Positions 29,475 to 38,435 of a stretch of DNA of 64,000 nt are shown here, in pieces. The notes under the pieces are model-generated. The model was not told the DNA's origin and searched no databases. It was given only the letters and a program-made list of their open reading frames with translations. Every line of letters begins with the position of its first letter. Position 1 is the first letter of the stretch. The DNA is from Actinomycetes bacterium (GTDB taxonomy: Bacteria; Actinomycetota; Actinomycetes; S36-B12; GCA-2699445), in NCBI GenBank assembly GCA_022599915.1, contig JAHZLH010000027.1, positions 73,813-137,812 of the forward strand, read 5' to 3'. The position numbers and the translations under genes are program-made.

Positions 29475-29716
29475 CTGCGCCGACCGCTGAGCCGCCCGAC
29501 GCCGCAGTCACTGTCGACTCACGCGGCAAGTTATGTCCCGTTCCCGTCATCGAGCTCGCTCGGGCAGCACGTTCGCTGGGCAATGGGGTCATCGCAGTGC
29601 TTGCAGACGATCCCGCTGCCGAAACCGACATCCCTGCCTGGTGTCGGATGCGTCAGGTCGAGTTGATCTGCATGGAGCAGCAGCATGACACCACTCGCTA
29701 TCTCGTGCGGGTGTAG
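29471..29716 (+). CDS. TusA/SirA-family sulfurtransferase
   Basis: 81 aa with the active-site motif GKLCPVPVIEL (CPxP). The ATG overlaps the upstream stop (ATGA). Confidence 0.85.
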   Translation: MTAPTAEPPDAAVTVDSRGKLCPVPVIELARAARSLGNGVIAVLADDPAAETDIPAWCRMRQVELICMEQQHDTTRYLVRV

Positions 29717-29770
29717 CAGCTTGCAACCCGGGCGATAGCGGGCTCGGAGCGCGGAACTCGCGGTGACGCG

Positions 29771-30436
29771 CTAGGAAAAGCTGGCCGGGCTCATCAGTGC
29801 CGCGCGCAGTTCGGTCAAGTAAGAGTCACGCGACCAATCAACCACTCCCAGCGTGCGCAGGTGGTCGGTGGACCACTGCACGTCGAACAAGCGCGGACCG
29901 GGGGCGGCGGCAAGTCTCCGCACCAGTTCCACGACCGCCACTTTGGAAGCATCCCGACCGTGGTGGTACATCGATTCACCGGAAAACAGACCGCCCACTT
30001 CGACGCCCACAAGGCCACCCGCCAACTTTCCGTCGGACTCCCGCACCTCGATGCTGTGGGCCCAGCCCATTCGATGCAGTTCGAGGTAGCAGTCCGCGAA
30101 CTCCGGCGCGATCCAATGGCCCGGTCGAGTGCGGTCGGCGCATCCTGCCAACACCGCAGCAAAATCGGTATTGACCGTTACGGAGTAGCGCCGCAGCGAG
30201 CGGCGTAGCGATCGGCTGACGTGCAACTGATCCAGCGGAAGCACCCCGCGAGGATCTGGCGAAAACCAACCGATTAGATCGTCGGCTATCGGCATAGCGA
30301 ACAGCCCACGCCGATAGCCCGCCAGCATGAGCGCTGGATCAATGCTTGCTCCGGCGGCGATGAGATCATTTCCGGGCGGGGCGTGCGCAGGATCGGGCAG
30401 CGGCACCCGCGTTGGCCGGGGCTCGACTCGAGCCAT
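29771..30436 (-). CDS. aat: leucyl/phenylalanyl-tRNA--protein transferase
   Basis: ..MLAGYRRGLFAMP..WFSPDPRGVLPL..GWAHSIEV..GGLVGV..GGLFSGESMY.. matches the Aat family pattern. 221 aa. Confidence 0.88.
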   Translation of the reverse strand: MARVEPRPTRVPLPDPAHAPPGNDLIAAGASIDPALMLAGYRRGLFAMPIADDLIGWFSPDPRGVLPLDQLHVSRSLRRSLRRYSVTVNTDFAAVLAGCADRTRPGHWIAPEFADCYLELHRMGWAHSIEVRESDGKLAGGLVGVEVGGLFSGESMYHHGRDASKVAVVELVRRLAAAPGPRLFDVQWSTDHLRTLGVVDWSRDSYLTELRAALMSPASFS

Positions 30437-30440
30437 CGGC

Positions 30441-31421
30441 TCAACTCACACCCAGATGTCCGGCCACTTCTCGGCCAGCTTCGGCGCCGAACGCATCACC
30501 CAGTCGCTGTGCAAAGGCCGTATGTGTGAAGGAGTATTCCTGCGGACCGACTGTTTCAATCACGTAAGCAGCAAGGGTCGCACCTACCTGAGCGCATCGC
30601 TCTGGCGTGACCCCCCACCACATCCCGGCAAGGTAGCCAGACCGGAAAGCGTCACCCACTCCGGTGGGGTCCGCTTTGTCCTCTTCGGGGACGACACCCA
30701 CCTCAATGGCAGGCTCCCCGCGATGCTCGATCCTGGCTCCCTTGGCGCCCAACGTAGTGATACGCACCGGAACGAGTTCCAAGATCTGCTCCGAGGTCAG
30801 ACCCGTTCGCTCGTGAATCAGTGCGGCCTCGTACTCGTTATTGATCAACATGCCCGCACTATCCAGCAGGTTGCGTACCTCGTCCCCGTCCATGGAGGAC
30901 AACTGCTGGGAGGGATCGGCGATGAAGGGGATGCCGCGGAATCGACATTCTTCAGCGTGGTTGGCCATGGCCTCGGGATCATTCGGACTGATCAGCAGCC
31001 AATCAATGCCGCCCAAGCGCTCCAACACCGGAGCAAGTTCGATCAACCGTGCATCAGCCATCGCCCCGGCATAGAAGGTGGCGATCTGGTTGCCGTCCCG
31101 GTCAGTGGTGCAGACGAACCGAGCTGTCTGATGAACCTCGGAGATATGAACTGATTCGGTGTCGACCCCGTGACGATCCAGCCAAGACCGGTAATCGTCG
31201 AAATCCGGCCCAGCTGAGCCCACCAACGCCGGCCGCAAACCGAGGCGCGCCATGCCGAAACTAATGTTGGCGGCTGAGCCACCGCGGCGGACCTCCAGGT
31301 CACTGGCGAGGAACGATAGCGAAATCGATTCCAGCTGCTCCTGCATTAACGACTCAGCAAAACGGCCTGGAAAGGTCATTAAATGGTCGGTTGCGATGGA
31401 ACCAGTAACAACAACTCGCAC
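30441..31421 (-). CDS. PfkB-family carbohydrate/adenosine kinase
   Basis: GGSAANI near the N-terminus and the C-terminal DPTGVGDAFRSG motif. It occupies the position of adoK/cbhK in actinobacterial synteny. Confidence 0.88.
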   Translation of the reverse strand: MRVVVTGSIATDHLMTFPGRFAESLMQEQLESISLSFLASDLEVRRGGSAANISFGMARLGLRPALVGSAGPDFDDYRSWLDRHGVDTESVHISEVHQTARFVCTTDRDGNQIATFYAGAMADARLIELAPVLERLGGIDWLLISPNDPEAMANHAEECRFRGIPFIADPSQQLSSMDGDEVRNLLDSAGMLINNEYEAALIHERTGLTSEQILELVPVRITTLGAKGARIEHRGEPAIEVGVVPEEDKADPTGVGDAFRSGYLAGMWWGVTPERCAQVGATLAAYVIETVGPQEYSFTHTAFAQRLGDAFGAEAGREVAGHLGVS

Positions 31422-31544
31422 GGCATGTTCCTCCCGGTAGCGCTCGGCCCAGCGTAGGACATCAGCGCAACATTCACGCGCACCTGGTGACGGGAATGAG
31501 GTTCAGCGCTTCACAGCGCCGGGCCACCGCGAAGTGGGATGGAC

Positions 31545-31928
31545 TCAGTGGAAGGAGTCACCACAGGCGCACGACCCGGTGGCGTTGGGGTTGTCAATGG
31601 TGAACCCCTGCTTCTCGATGGTATCCACGAAGTCGATCGTCGCGCCGCCCAAGTAGGGAACGCTCATCCGGTCTACGACCACATTGACGCCACTGAAATC
31701 GATGACCTGGTCACCGTCTAGTGAGCGATCGTCAAAGAACAGCTGGTAGCGCAGTCCGCTGCAGCCCCCGGGCTGGACAGCAATACGCAGGGCCAGGTCA
31801 TCGCGACCTTCGGCCTCCAGCAGGGCCTTTACCTTGCCGGAAGCGATATCGGTAAGGGTCACCGAACTGGTGGCTTCGGTGCTGGCATCCGGGGCACTGG
31901 GAACGGCCTGGGTGCTTTCGGCAGTCAT
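31545..31928 (-). CDS. erpA: HesB/IscA/ErpA-family iron-sulfur cluster insertion protein
   Basis: Motifs C-x..-GCSG and C-terminal GSCACGDSFH. Confidence 0.9.
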   Translation of the reverse strand: MTAESTQAVPSAPDASTEATSSVTLTDIASGKVKALLEAEGRDDLALRIAVQPGGCSGLRYQLFFDDRSLDGDQVIDFSGVNVVVDRMSVPYLGGATIDFVDTIEKQGFTIDNPNATGSCACGDSFH

Positions 31929-32062
31929 TCGACTCTCCTGTCGTTGGTGACGGCGGCGCTTTCGCCTCTGTCAGGGTAGAACGAATCTGCCGTCAGGGCT
32001 ATTCCCCGCCACAACTGCACACTACCCCCGGAGTCTTTCGCCGTGAGGTCAGCAGTGACAAG

Positions 32063-33265
32063 ATGGGGGACGTGACCACCTTCACAGAGCCCGAGCCCAC
32101 GCCATTGGCGCTGCTGCTTCTCGGCCAGGAGGCCGATCCTGACACTGAGCGCGGTATCGAATGTCCGGGAGATTTGCCCCCGGCATCTGATCCGGAACTG
32201 GTGGCACAGGTACGCGCAGCCAAGGAAGAACTCGGCGACCGGATGTTCGTTTTGGGGCATCACTACCAGCGAGACGAGGTCATCCAGTTCGCCGATGTCA
32301 CCGGCGACTCTTTCAAGCTGGCACAGCAAGCCGCTGCCCGACCAGACGCCGAGTTCATCGTTTTCTGTGGCGTGCACTTCATGGCGGAGTCCGCTGACAT
32401 CCTCACGGCGGCCAATCAGCAGGTGATTCTTCCGGACCTAGCGGCTGGCTGCTCCATGGCTGACATGGCCAACATCAAACAGGTGGAGGACGCCTGGCGA
32501 GTGATCGAACAAGCTGGCCTGGCGGAGAGCACCATTCCGATCACCTACATGAACTCCACCGCCGCTATCAAGGCCTTCACGGGACGCAACGCCGGCGCGG
32601 TTTGCACTTCCAGTAACGCCCAGCAATCGCTGGAATGGGCTTTCGAGCAGGGTGATCGGGTACTTTTCTTGCCGGATCAGCATCTCGGTCGCAATACCGC
32701 CGTCATGCAGTTGGGGCTGTCGCTAGACGACTGCGTGGTCTATGACCCACACAAGCGGGATGGCGGCTTGACCAGCCAAGAGTTGGCCGAGGCCAAGATG
32801 GTGCTGTGGCGGGGCCATTGTTCGGTACATGGTCATTTCGTCCCGGAAACGGTTGATGAGGTCCGCGAGCGAGTGCCCGGCGTGAACGTACTGGTGCACC
32901 CGGAGGTTCGCTACGAAGTGGCGACGAAGGCCGATCTGATTGGCTCCACCGAGTACATCATCAAGACCATCGAGACAGCCGAAGCTGGCTCCAAGTGGGC
33001 GATCGGCACGGAACTGAACTTGGTTCGGCGGTTGGCACTACAACACCCGGACAAAGAAATCGTGTTCTTGGATCGCTCGGTGTGCTTCTGCGCCACCATG
33101 AACCGGATAGATCTGCCGCACCTGAACTGGGCGCTGCAAGAACTGCGCCGCGGGAATGTGGTCAACCAGATCACGGTGGATGACCATACTGCGCATTGGG
33201 CTCGGGTAGCGCTGGATCGGATGCTGGCGCTGCCGGGGGTAACGGCGGCTGCCACCGCTGACTGA
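32063..33265 (+). CDS. nadA: quinolinate synthase
   Basis: ..VLGHHYQRDEV..GDSFKLAQ..VFCGVHFMAESADIL..CSMADM..HPE.. with three conserved Cys regions. Long-form NadA with an N-terminal extension. Confidence 0.93.
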   Translation: MGDVTTFTEPEPTPLALLLLGQEADPDTERGIECPGDLPPASDPELVAQVRAAKEELGDRMFVLGHHYQRDEVIQFADVTGDSFKLAQQAAARPDAEFIVFCGVHFMAESADILTAANQQVILPDLAAGCSMADMANIKQVEDAWRVIEQAGLAESTIPITYMNSTAAIKAFTGRNAGAVCTSSNAQQSLEWAFEQGDRVLFLPDQHLGRNTAVMQLGLSLDDCVVYDPHKRDGGLTSQELAEAKMVLWRGHCSVHGHFVPETVDEVRERVPGVNVLVHPEVRYEVATKADLIGSTEYIIKTIETAEAGSKWAIGTELNLVRRLALQHPDKEIVFLDRSVCFCATMNRIDLPHLNWALQELRRGNVVNQITVDDHTAHWARVALDRMLALPGVTAAATAD

Positions 33266-33295
33266 CCCGGGCGAATCAAGCGACTCCGATTGACC

Positions 33296-33889
33296 TCAGT
33301 CGAGTCCGGGGGCTCCCCAGACGGCGAACCAGCGAGACAAGTTAGGTTCCAGGTTGAGCTCACCGGCCAGCAAATCACGCACTTGGATCTCGACCAGATT
33401 CTCGCGTGCGCCCGAGTTCCCCGAGCCGTCCGAACCTGGTTTCGGTACGAAGGGATAGAAGGTTCCCTGCTTGAACAGGTAGACCATGCCCAACTTCTCC
33501 CCCGCCGGACCGCGGAAAACGACCAGCGAGCACAACAGCGTCGAGCCAAAACCATGATCTTGCAGCGTGGCGTTGATCGCGTGCAGGTCGGTGACCAGCC
33601 CCGCAATGTCTGATGGCTCGCCACGAACAACCAACCAGGTGTAGCCGAAGTCATCTACCTGGGATTTAATTTTCGGTCCGCCGTCGGCGTCCAGCAGATC
33701 TTGAACCTCTTGCTGCACATCAGCGAAAGCTTTTCCTTGCGGTGCCCGGAAGGCTACTGAACCAATGCCGGCTGGCTGATAGTCCAGCGCCGCTTGCAAG
33801 GTGATCGCAGCGCTAGGTAGCCCGAACAACTGGTCCAGATCTGCGCGCGGCGGCTTTTTTCGCCCCATGATGCTGTCAAAGAAACCCAT
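33296..33889 (-). CDS. conserved hypothetical protein co-transcribed with htpX/pspA (PspA-associated-type protein)
   Basis: ATG 33889 lies 6 nt after AGGGAAG and 11 nt after the htpX stop. The sequence begins MGFFDSIMGRKKPPRADLDQLFGLPSA... The tracked ORF start (34138) lies inside htpX and was rejected. Confidence 0.7.
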   Translation of the reverse strand: MGFFDSIMGRKKPPRADLDQLFGLPSAAITLQAALDYQPAGIGSVAFRAPQGKAFADVQQEVQDLLDADGGPKIKSQVDDFGYTWLVVRGEPSDIAGLVTDLHAINATLQDHGFGSTLLCSLVVFRGPAGEKLGMVYLFKQGTFYPFVPKPGSDGSGNSGARENLVEIQVRDLLAGELNLEPNLSRWFAVWGAPGLD

Positions 33890-33899
33890 GTTTGCTTCC

Positions 33900-34802
33900 C
33901 TATTGGCCGAGTTCGGCGGCGACTTTCGCCAAGTTTTCCAGCCGCTTTTCGAGCGGTGGGTGACTGGCGAAGACCTTAGCCAGATCCACCCCACCGCCAC
34001 GACCGATGGCCGGGAAGAACGCCATGGATGAAACCGCGTCCATCTCTCGCAAATCGCGGGTGGGGATCTGGGCCATATCGCCACTGATCTTTTGCAGTGC
34101 CGAAGCCAGCCCGTCTGGATTGCCGGTGAGCATCGCACCAGAACGGTCCGCAGACAGTTCTCGATAGCGGGATAGCGCAGCCGTGAGGATGTAGGAAATC
34201 ACGTAGACCAGCGCAGACACCAGCATGACCGCAAGGAACACCAGCGCCGTGTTGTTGTCGCGCCGATCCCGCATCAAACTGCCCCACATCGCCGAGCGGA
34301 TGAGCAGACCAGCCAGGATCGCCGAAAAGGACGCAACTGTCATCACCGTGACATCGCGGTGCGCCACATGAGACAACTCGTGGCTGAGCACTCCCTCAAG
34401 TTCATCACGATCGACTCGGCGCAGCAGCCCGGTGGTGACACACACCACGGCTCGCTTGGGCGACCGCCCGGTGGCGAACGCGTTGGGCACGTCGGTGTCT
34501 GCGATAGCTACCCGCGGTTTGGGCATATCTGCCAGGGCGCAGAGCCGATCCACCATGCCGTGCAACTGCGGGGCGTTTTCCGGGGAGACTTCACGCGCCC
34601 CCATCGAACGCAGCGCCATAGAATCCGAGAAGTACCACTGCGCCCACAACATCCCGCCAGCGATGACCAGCACGAAGATGGCCCCGAAGCCGAGAGCGAT
34701 CAGTGCAACCATCAAGACCACATACAGCAGCATCAAGCCACCCATGGTGCTGAACATCCGTCTGGTCAGTCCGGGATCGTTGACGTATCTGGTCTTAGCC
34801 AC
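33900..34802 (-). CDS. htpX: M48-family zinc metalloprotease HtpX
   Basis: HELSHVAHRD (HExxH) and 4 TM helices. I chose GTG 34802 as the start (VAKTRYVNDPGLTRRMF..), by resemblance to actinobacterial and archaeal HtpX N-termini. Confidence 0.88.
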   Translation of the reverse strand: MAKTRYVNDPGLTRRMFSTMGGLMLLYVVLMVALIALGFGAIFVLVIAGGMLWAQWYFSDSMALRSMGAREVSPENAPQLHGMVDRLCALADMPKPRVAIADTDVPNAFATGRSPKRAVVCVTTGLLRRVDRDELEGVLSHELSHVAHRDVTVMTVASFSAILAGLLIRSAMWGSLMRDRRDNNTALVFLAVMLVSALVYVISYILTAALSRYRELSADRSGAMLTGNPDGLASALQKISGDMAQIPTRDLREMDAVSSMAFFPAIGRGGGVDLAKVFASHPPLEKRLENLAKVAAELGQ

Positions 34803-34910
34803 GCTGTAATTGTGCAACACGTAGTGACTCGCCACCTGCCGCGTCCGCTCAGGGCGCAAACTGGCGAGCAGTCACCCAGATCGGGTTACCTCATTGAGTT
34901 ACCGTCAGGA

Positions 34911-35705
34911 TTAGCTGCTGGCGGGCGGAGTATCCGCCTCGTCGGCAGGCTGTCCCTGCCGCTTGGACTCGGTGCCACCGGACTCAATGGCGTCGGGGGT
35001 AGCCGTACCGCCGATCTCAGCACGCAAAGATGCGAGTTCGTCTTCGACCTGATTCTCCGATGCCATCGCTTCGAGTTCCCGGGTCAGGCTGTCCTTGCTG
35101 GTCCCGGTGAGGTCCTCCAGCGCCCCAGAGGCGACTAACTCGTCAATGGCACCTGCCCGCGCCTGCATTCCCTGAGTCTTTTCCTCAGCCCGCTGGATAG
35201 CGAGACCGACGTCGGACAGTTCATCGGATACCCCGGCAAATGCCTCGTTGATCTTGGTCTGTGCCTCAGCGGCCGAGTACTGCGCTTTGATGGTTTCTTT
35301 GCGAGTACGGAAGGAGTCGATCTTCGCCTGCAACCGCTGTGCTGCGTCGATCATCTTTTCCTCCTGACCCAGTAACTGGGCCAGTTGCGCTTGCAGGTCC
35401 TCCAACTGAGTGCTCAACCCGCTGCGGCGGGTCAAGGCCTCACGGGCCAAGTCCTCGCGACCACCTGACAACGCGGCCTTGGCTTGAGCCGTCAGTTTGT
35501 CTGCTTGCTTTTGCAGTCCCTGGATCTGCAGCTCCACCCGCTTGCGGGAAGTCGCTACGTCAGCAACACCACGGCGGACCTTCTGCAGTAACTCCAACTG
35601 CTTCTCATATGAGTAGTCCAAAGTCTCGCGGGGGTCTTCCGCCTTGTCTAAGGCCTTGTTTGCTTTGGATTTGAAGACCAGTTTGAATCGCTGCCAGAGG
35701 CCCAT
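34911..35705 (-). CDS. pspA: PspA/IM30 (phage-shock protein A) family protein
   Basis: ATG 35705 lies 5 nt after GGAAGGA. The sequence begins MGLWQRFKLVFKSKANKALDKAEDPRETLDYSYEKQLELLQ, followed by a long coiled-coil region and an acidic tail. Confidence 0.9.
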   Translation of the reverse strand: MGLWQRFKLVFKSKANKALDKAEDPRETLDYSYEKQLELLQKVRRGVADVATSRKRVELQIQGLQKQADKLTAQAKAALSGGREDLAREALTRRSGLSTQLEDLQAQLAQLLGQEEKMIDAAQRLQAKIDSFRTRKETIKAQYSAAEAQTKINEAFAGVSDELSDVGLAIQRAEEKTQGMQARAGAIDELVASGALEDLTGTSKDSLTRELEAMASENQVEDELASLRAEIGGTATPDAIESGGTESKRQGQPADEADTPPASS

Positions 35706-35787
35706 CTCGTTCCTTCCATCGGTCCGGCCCGTTCGACTTTGCATCGACCGGTTCGTGCGCCTGTCCCCCAAGGTTATCCTTATCTAC

Positions 35788-36420
35788 ATGTTCGGACGTC
35801 GCAGCCAACCCGAAAGTGAAGTCGCACCCTCGGCTCCCACCGAGGAAGACACCAACCGTAGCCCCGCGCAAGCAAAAAAGGGACGCCCTACGCCTAGCCG
35901 GAAAGAGGCCGAGGCCAACCGGAAAACCCGCCTGAAAGCGTCTGCCGACAACAAGGCCGCCAAGAAGGAAATGAAGGCTCGCGAGCGGGAAGAACGGATG
36001 ACCGCTCGTCAAGGAATGATGGCTGGCGACGAGCGGTATTTTCCGGCCCGAGATCAGGGCCCTGGCAAGGCATACACCCGCGACTACGTGGACAGCCGCC
36101 GGCGACTCAGCGAGTATTTCCTGTTCATCGCGGTCGGAATCCTGCTTGCCGGCTTCGTGCAGAGCCCACAGGCGAAGAACATTGTGTCGCTGCTGTGGTT
36201 CTTGGTCGCCGGCTTGGTCGTGTTGGACGTCACCTGGTTCTTGATCGCCTTCAGCCGTCGGCTGAAGGCAGAGTTCCCCGATCCCGCCGACCGCAAGGGC
36301 TGCAAGCTATACGCTGCGATGCGGCTGCTTCAGATTCGTCGCCTTCGTATTCCCCCGCCCCGACTACGGCCCGGGGGTAAGCCGGTGAAGCCGAAGAAGC
36401 CGAAAGAGCCACAAAGTTAG
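35788..36420 (+). CDS. DUF3043-like membrane protein
   Basis: ATG 35788. A Lys/Arg-rich N-terminus (..KKGRPTPSRKEAEA..) is followed by 2 TM helices (YFLFIAVGILLAGFV; LLWFLVAGLVVLDVTWFLIAF). It is divergent from pspA. Confidence 0.7.
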   Translation: MFGRRSQPESEVAPSAPTEEDTNRSPAQAKKGRPTPSRKEAEANRKTRLKASADNKAAKKEMKAREREERMTARQGMMAGDERYFPARDQGPGKAYTRDYVDSRRRLSEYFLFIAVGILLAGFVQSPQAKNIVSLLWFLVAGLVVLDVTWFLIAFSRRLKAEFPDPADRKGCKLYAAMRLLQIRRLRIPPPRLRPGGKPVKPKKPKEPQS

Positions 36421-36461
36421 CCGCTGAGTAGTGACGGCGGCACGAGGCGAGGAGGAACGCC

Positions 36462-37463
36462 ATGGAGCACCGTCATTTAGGAAGTTCTGGTCTCAAGGTC
36501 AGTGAGCTGGCCTACGGTAACTGGATCACGCATGCCTCCCAAATCGAACAGAAACAGGCTGAGGCATGTGTACATGCCGCATTGGACGCGGGTATTACCA
36601 CCTTCGACACTGCTGACGTCTACGCCGGCACCCGCGCCGAAGAAGTTCTCGGCCATGCCCTCAAAGAGCAGCGACGTGATGGTTTGGAGATCTGTACCAA
36701 GGTGTACTGGCCGACTGGCCCTGGTCCCAATGATGTCGGACTGTCTCGCAAGCACATCCTCCGGTCCTGCGAAGGCTCGCTGCAGCGCCTCGGCACCGAC
36801 TACATCGACCTTTATCAAGCCCACCGCTTCGATGTCGCAACCCCGCTGGAAGAGACCATGCGCGCCTTCAACGACTTAGTGCGGTCGGGCAAAGTTATGT
36901 ACATTGGCGTCTCAGAATGGACCGCCGGCCAGATTCGAGCGGCGCTCCGGATCGCCGACGATCTCGGCCTAGATCGGATCGTGTCCAATCAGCCGCAGTA
37001 CTCCATGTTGTGGCGGGTGATTGAGTCCGACGTCGTCCCGGTTTGCGAGGAAAACGGCATCGGGCAAATCGTGTGGTCCCCGCTGGCGCAAGGCGTGCTG
37101 ACCGGCAAGTACCGCCCTGGCGTCGAGCCACCGAAAGATTCCCGGGCGCAGTCCAAAGAGGGCTCCTACTTCATCAAGCGTTGGCTGGACCAGCCAGGGC
37201 TGCTGGAGCGGGTGCAACAACTCGGTGACTTGGCCAAGCAGACCGATCTCTCGCTGCCGCAACTGGCGCTTGCCTGGGTGCTCAACCAACCCGGGGTATC
37301 TGCGGCCATCATTGGTGCTAGTCGCCCGGAACAGGTGCACGAGAACATTCGGGCGGTCGGCGTGCAACTGGATGAGCAACTGTTGAAGGCCATCGACGAT
37401 TTGCTCGCAGACGCCATCATCACCGACACCGGCCTCACCCGCTCTCCCGAGCAACGGCCCTAG
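36462..37463 (+). CDS. aldo/keto reductase
   Basis: ..LGSSGLKVSELAYGNW..FDTADVY..GxxE, Y and K catalytic positions, and IGVSEW. Confidence 0.9.
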   Translation: MEHRHLGSSGLKVSELAYGNWITHASQIEQKQAEACVHAALDAGITTFDTADVYAGTRAEEVLGHALKEQRRDGLEICTKVYWPTGPGPNDVGLSRKHILRSCEGSLQRLGTDYIDLYQAHRFDVATPLEETMRAFNDLVRSGKVMYIGVSEWTAGQIRAALRIADDLGLDRIVSNQPQYSMLWRVIESDVVPVCEENGIGQIVWSPLAQGVLTGKYRPGVEPPKDSRAQSKEGSYFIKRWLDQPGLLERVQQLGDLAKQTDLSLPQLALAWVLNQPGVSAAIIGASRPEQVHENIRAVGVQLDEQLLKAIDDLLADAIITDTGLTRSPEQRP

Positions 37464-37574
37464 GGGAGCCCAAACACTCCGGCTGACCGAACTTCCCGCC
37501 TCGTTCCGGCGGCGAAGCGAGCGGGTAACCGGCTAACTTAGTCAATAGCTAGAAGCCACTTTGCAGGAGCCCAC

Positions 37575-38036
37575 ATGAATGAAATGGTCGTTCAGCAGCA
37601 GGTCGATGCCCCAGCCGAAACGGTGTGGCGGGTCGTCACCGACGTGGAGCATGCGGCCGAGTTCATCTCCGGCATAACTCATATCGAGCGGGTGGATACT
37701 GGTTCCGATTTCGTTGCCGGTTTCAGCTGGCGCGAGACTCGCCGAATGTTCGGCAAGGAGGTCACCGAACTCATGACCGTCGTCGCAGTTGAGGAAGGAC
37801 ATTCCTACGACGTGGAGTCCATCAGCCGCGGCGCGAACTACTACTCCACGGTCACAGTGGCCGCTAGCGGTTCCGGCAGCATGTTGACGATGAGGTTCCG
37901 CGGCGAGGCGCAAGGGACCGTCAACAAACTCCTGGTCAACCTCGTCGGCCGACTGTTCGCCGGGGTCAATCGAAAAGCCATGCAACAGGACCTGCTTGAT
38001 ATTGCGGCCGTTGCAGAGCAAAACTCGCGCACCTGA
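37575..38036 (+). CDS. SRPBCC-family protein
   Basis: 153 aa with the typical opening VVQQQVDAPAETVWRVVTDVEHAAEF. Confidence 0.75.
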   Translation: MNEMVVQQQVDAPAETVWRVVTDVEHAAEFISGITHIERVDTGSDFVAGFSWRETRRMFGKEVTELMTVVAVEEGHSYDVESISRGANYYSTVTVAASGSGSMLTMRFRGEAQGTVNKLLVNLVGRLFAGVNRKAMQQDLLDIAAVAEQNSRT

Positions 38037-38168
38037 CGCCCGACGATCCGTCGGACAGACACGAGTGGTGCCGCTCGACTGGCGAACCCTCGGCCGTGGC
38101 AGTACCACTTTCGACGGCTGTGCCAAATACTGGCAGTCACGGGCGAGGCTGGGCGCTAGGCTCGTCTC

Positions 38169-38372
38169 ATGGCTTGGACATGGCAGTATCTGTCGGCAGA
38201 GGGCAAGGCAATGACACCTGCGGCTGGCGACCTGGATTTTCCGAATCAGTCGGATGCTGAGAGTTGGCTGGGGGAAACCTGGCGGGAACTGCGAGAACAA
38301 GGGGTTTCGTCAGTGACGCTGCTAGAGGACACTCGCGAGGTCTACGGGCCGATGTCGCTGTTCGAGCAATAG
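38169..38372 (+). CDS. small hypothetical protein (67 aa)
   Basis: The composition is protein-like (MAWTWQYLSAEGKAM..SDAESWLGETWRELREQGVSSVTLLEDTREVYGPMSL). No family recognised. Confidence 0.5.
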   Translation: MAWTWQYLSAEGKAMTPAAGDLDFPNQSDAESWLGETWRELREQGVSSVTLLEDTREVYGPMSLFEQ

Positions 38373-38435
38373 TTCAGCAATGGACTCACGCCACAGACGG
38401 CACCGTCAGTCAGCCTGCCAGGTGGCGCCCCACAA

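Noticed and set aside
30327-31154. 275-aa plus-strand ORF
   Set aside because: It is antisense to the PfkB kinase, whose GGSAANI and DPTGVGDAF motifs are clear. No motifs were found in the plus-strand translation.
31969-32003. GTCAGGG repeated twice in the erpA/nadA divergent region as a possible operator
   Set aside because: It is only a 7-mer with irregular flanks, which is easily a chance event in GC-rich sequence.
32911-33654. 247-aa minus-strand ORF
   Set aside because: It is antisense to the nadA 3' end and out of frame within the PspA-associated gene. The composition is Ser/Arg/Cys-rich with no motif.
34359-35138. 259-aa plus-strand ORF across htpX and pspA
   Set aside because: It is antisense to two well-supported genes and has a His/Arg/Gln/Gly-rich composition.
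37542-38300. 252-aa minus-strand ORF
   Set aside because: It overlaps the SRPBCC gene (37575..38036) and the small ORF at 38169 on the opposite strand. The translation is Cys/Arg/Ser/Pro-rich and does not look protein-like.
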